Assembly: GCA_965644315.1 (NCBI GenBank)
Contig: CBFFRQ010000056.1
Span: 434,001-498,000, forward strand
Origin: Caecitellus pseudoparvulus
Lineage: Eukaryota > Protista > Bigyra: Bicosoecida
Direction of reading: 5' to 3'
Length of the DNA: 64,000 nucleotides
Numbering within the stretch: the first letter of the stretch is position 1; the number at the start of each line of letters is the position of its first letter. The position numbers and the translations under genes are program-made. The notes under the pieces were generated by a model. That model ran no database searches, was not told where the DNA came from, and was given only the letters and a program-made list of their open reading frames with translations. This document shows positions 62,433-64,000 of the stretch, in pieces.

Positions 62433-64000
62433 TCAGAACTCCTGCGGCTCGTCTTCCTCCCCCTCCGATTTGGCCTCCACAGCCTCCAGCATGCCCATCA
62501 GTTCCTCCGCCGTGCTCAGACTCTCAGCCAGCTCCTGCTCCTTTGTTGCCAAGTACGCGGCAGACGCCTCCAGCTCTGCCTCCAGCTCTGCCACCCTGCT
62601 GCGAGCGGTCTGGGCCTCGGCGGCTGCAGCTTGCGTCGCAGCAGTCGCCTCTTCAGTCGCCTGCTTGGCAGCGGCCACCTCCTGCTGTGCACTGGCCACT
62701 TCAGCGGTCCGTGCTTCCAAGGCGCTTTGGGCCTTGGCCAGGAGCTTCTTGGCGGTGTCCAGGTCCTTCTTCGCAGCCGCCTCGCCCGCCTCCGCCGCCG
62801 CCAGTGCTTCCTGCAGGCTGGCTGCCTCAGCCCTGGCTTCTTCGCACGCAGTCTCAGCCCGCCCCTTGGCCAGTTCACTCTGTTTGGCAGCTTGCTTCGC
62901 AGCCTGCAGCTCAGTGCGGGCGGTTGCCAGGTCTGCCTTGATGCCAGAGTACTTGGCGTCGAATGCCTTGAACTCCTCTGCGAACTTGTGCAAGTGTGCG
63001 GACTTGGCCTCCAGCCGCTCCCGAGCACTGGCTGCTTCAGCTTTGGCTTCCTGCAGCCGACTGTCGGCCAGCACGGCGGCGGACGTGGTGTCCGTGCGCA
63101 GAGCAGTGAGCTCCGCCCGCACCTCCGCCAAGGCGTCTTCCGCCGCGTCAGCCCGAGCCGAGGCCTCGGTCGAGCTCGCAGCTGCGGACATGAGGCTGCG
63201 CTGGGCCTTGTCAGCGTCCGCCTTGTGCTGCTCTGCGGCAGCCTGAGCGGCAGACAGCTGGGCCTGCAGGGTCGCTGCCTGAGCCTCCAGCTCGCTCATG
63301 CGCCCTTCAGCTTTCTCCAGCAACGCACCAAAGCGGCCTCGCTCGGCAAGAGCACGCTCAGCTCGTGCGTTGGCAGCCTCAAACTCACTGCTCAGCGCCT
63401 CCAGCTGCTCCTGCAGTGCTGCCTTGTCGGCGTCCTCGCGAGAGCTCGCCTCTGCCTTGGCAGCACGCCGGGTCTCCAAGGCCACCTGCTTGCGAATGAC
63501 CTCCACCTGGGCCTCGGAATACTTTGGCAGGTGCCGAGCTGCACCTGGGCTCAGTGTGGCGCTGCTGGAGGGAGTGGACGTGGGCCGAGGGCGAGGCTTG
63601 TCCACGCCAACGCCAGCGACCTCGTCGCTTGGCTCAGCTGCATCACTTGCGTCACTTGGCGCAGCTTCCGCGGGCTGGCTTGAAGTCTGCGCAGTTCTTT
63701 CAGAGGAGACTGGTGGTGCAGCATGTGTCACTTGCAGCTGTGCAGTCAGAGATTGCGCATTGCTCACGCTTGCAGACGGCGCCAGGCTGCGCTTTGCGGA
63801 AGTTGACAGTGGCGCGCCTGCATTCGGGTCACGTGTCCCCAGCGTTGCAGGCGTGGACCGCTCACTTCCCGTGCTGGATTGCCCCGGTGTAGCAGAGGAG
63901 AGTGGAGTGCTACTATCCTGGCTGCGTTTGCGGCTTCGCCGGCGCCCTTTGGGGATCATGAAGACGATGCCATCGTCCACCTCAACTCCTGCCGTTGCGG
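62433..64000 (-). CDS. Long coiled-coil protein (5' end outside the window)
   Basis: Ala/Glu/Lys heptad-rich frame that stays open to the window edge. Confidence 0.8.
   Translation of the reverse strand, partial: ATAGVEVDDGIVFMIPKGRRRSRKRSQDSSTPLSSATPGQSSTGSERSTPATLGTRDPNAGAPLSTSAKRSLAPSASVSNAQSLTAQLQVTHAAPPVSSERTAQTSSQPAEAAPSDASDAAEPSDEVAGVGVDKPRPRPTSTPSSSATLSPGAARHLPKYSEAQVEVIRKQVALETRRAAKAEASSREDADKAALQEQLEALSSEFEAANARAERALAERGRFGALLEKAEGRMSELEAQAATLQAQLSAAQAAAEQHKADADKAQRSLMSAAASSTEASARADAAEDALAEVRAELTALRTDTTSAAVLADSRLQEAKAEAASARERLEAKSAHLHKFAEEFKAFDAKYSGIKADLATARTELQAAKQAAKQSELAKGRAETACEEARAEAASLQEALAAAEAGEAAAKKDLDTAKKLLAKAQSALEARTAEVASAQQEVAAAKQATEEATAATQAAAAEAQTARSRVAELEAELEASAAYLATKEQELAESLSTAEELMGMLEAVEAKSEGEEDEPQEF

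Overview
This is eukaryotic genomic DNA, not prokaryotic. It is very GC-rich and gene-dense, with short GT-AG introns (donor mostly GTGCGT) and the standard genetic code. Axonemal genes (p28/DNALI1-like, RIIAD1-like) indicate a flagellated protist. A stramenopile/Bigyra-type nanoflagellate is my guess and cannot be shown from the sequence. I rebuilt about 28 protein genes by splicing by hand; most long ORFs in the supplied track are antisense or alternative-frame shadows. Recognisable genes: two ankyrin proteins, an NCoR/Snt1-like SANT protein, TRIP4/ASC-1, p28, a LYR protein, a Zn2Cys6 transcription factor, a sepiapterin-reductase-like SDR, RPA34, RPC1, INTS11, a solitary 5S rRNA, flavohemoglobin, APC2, an SCFD2-like protein, two tandem GT64 glycosyltransferases, RIIAD1 and RPB7. 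The main leads: (1) TRIP4/RQT4 is fused to an AlkB domain that has lost all three iron ligands; (2) a candidate non-canonical poly(A) signal AATGCA (AATNCA) sits beside the stop codons of many genes, and four convergent gene pairs are only 12-14 nt apart; (3) three paralogues of an unrecognised ~11-TM protein family have charged helices, a huge insert before the last helix, and polarised intron loss; (4) a Zn2Cys6 cluster is split across a 22-nt micro-exon; (5) RPA34, RPC1, INTS11 and 5S rRNA form a compact cluster. All family assignments come from motif recognition from memory, not database searches.
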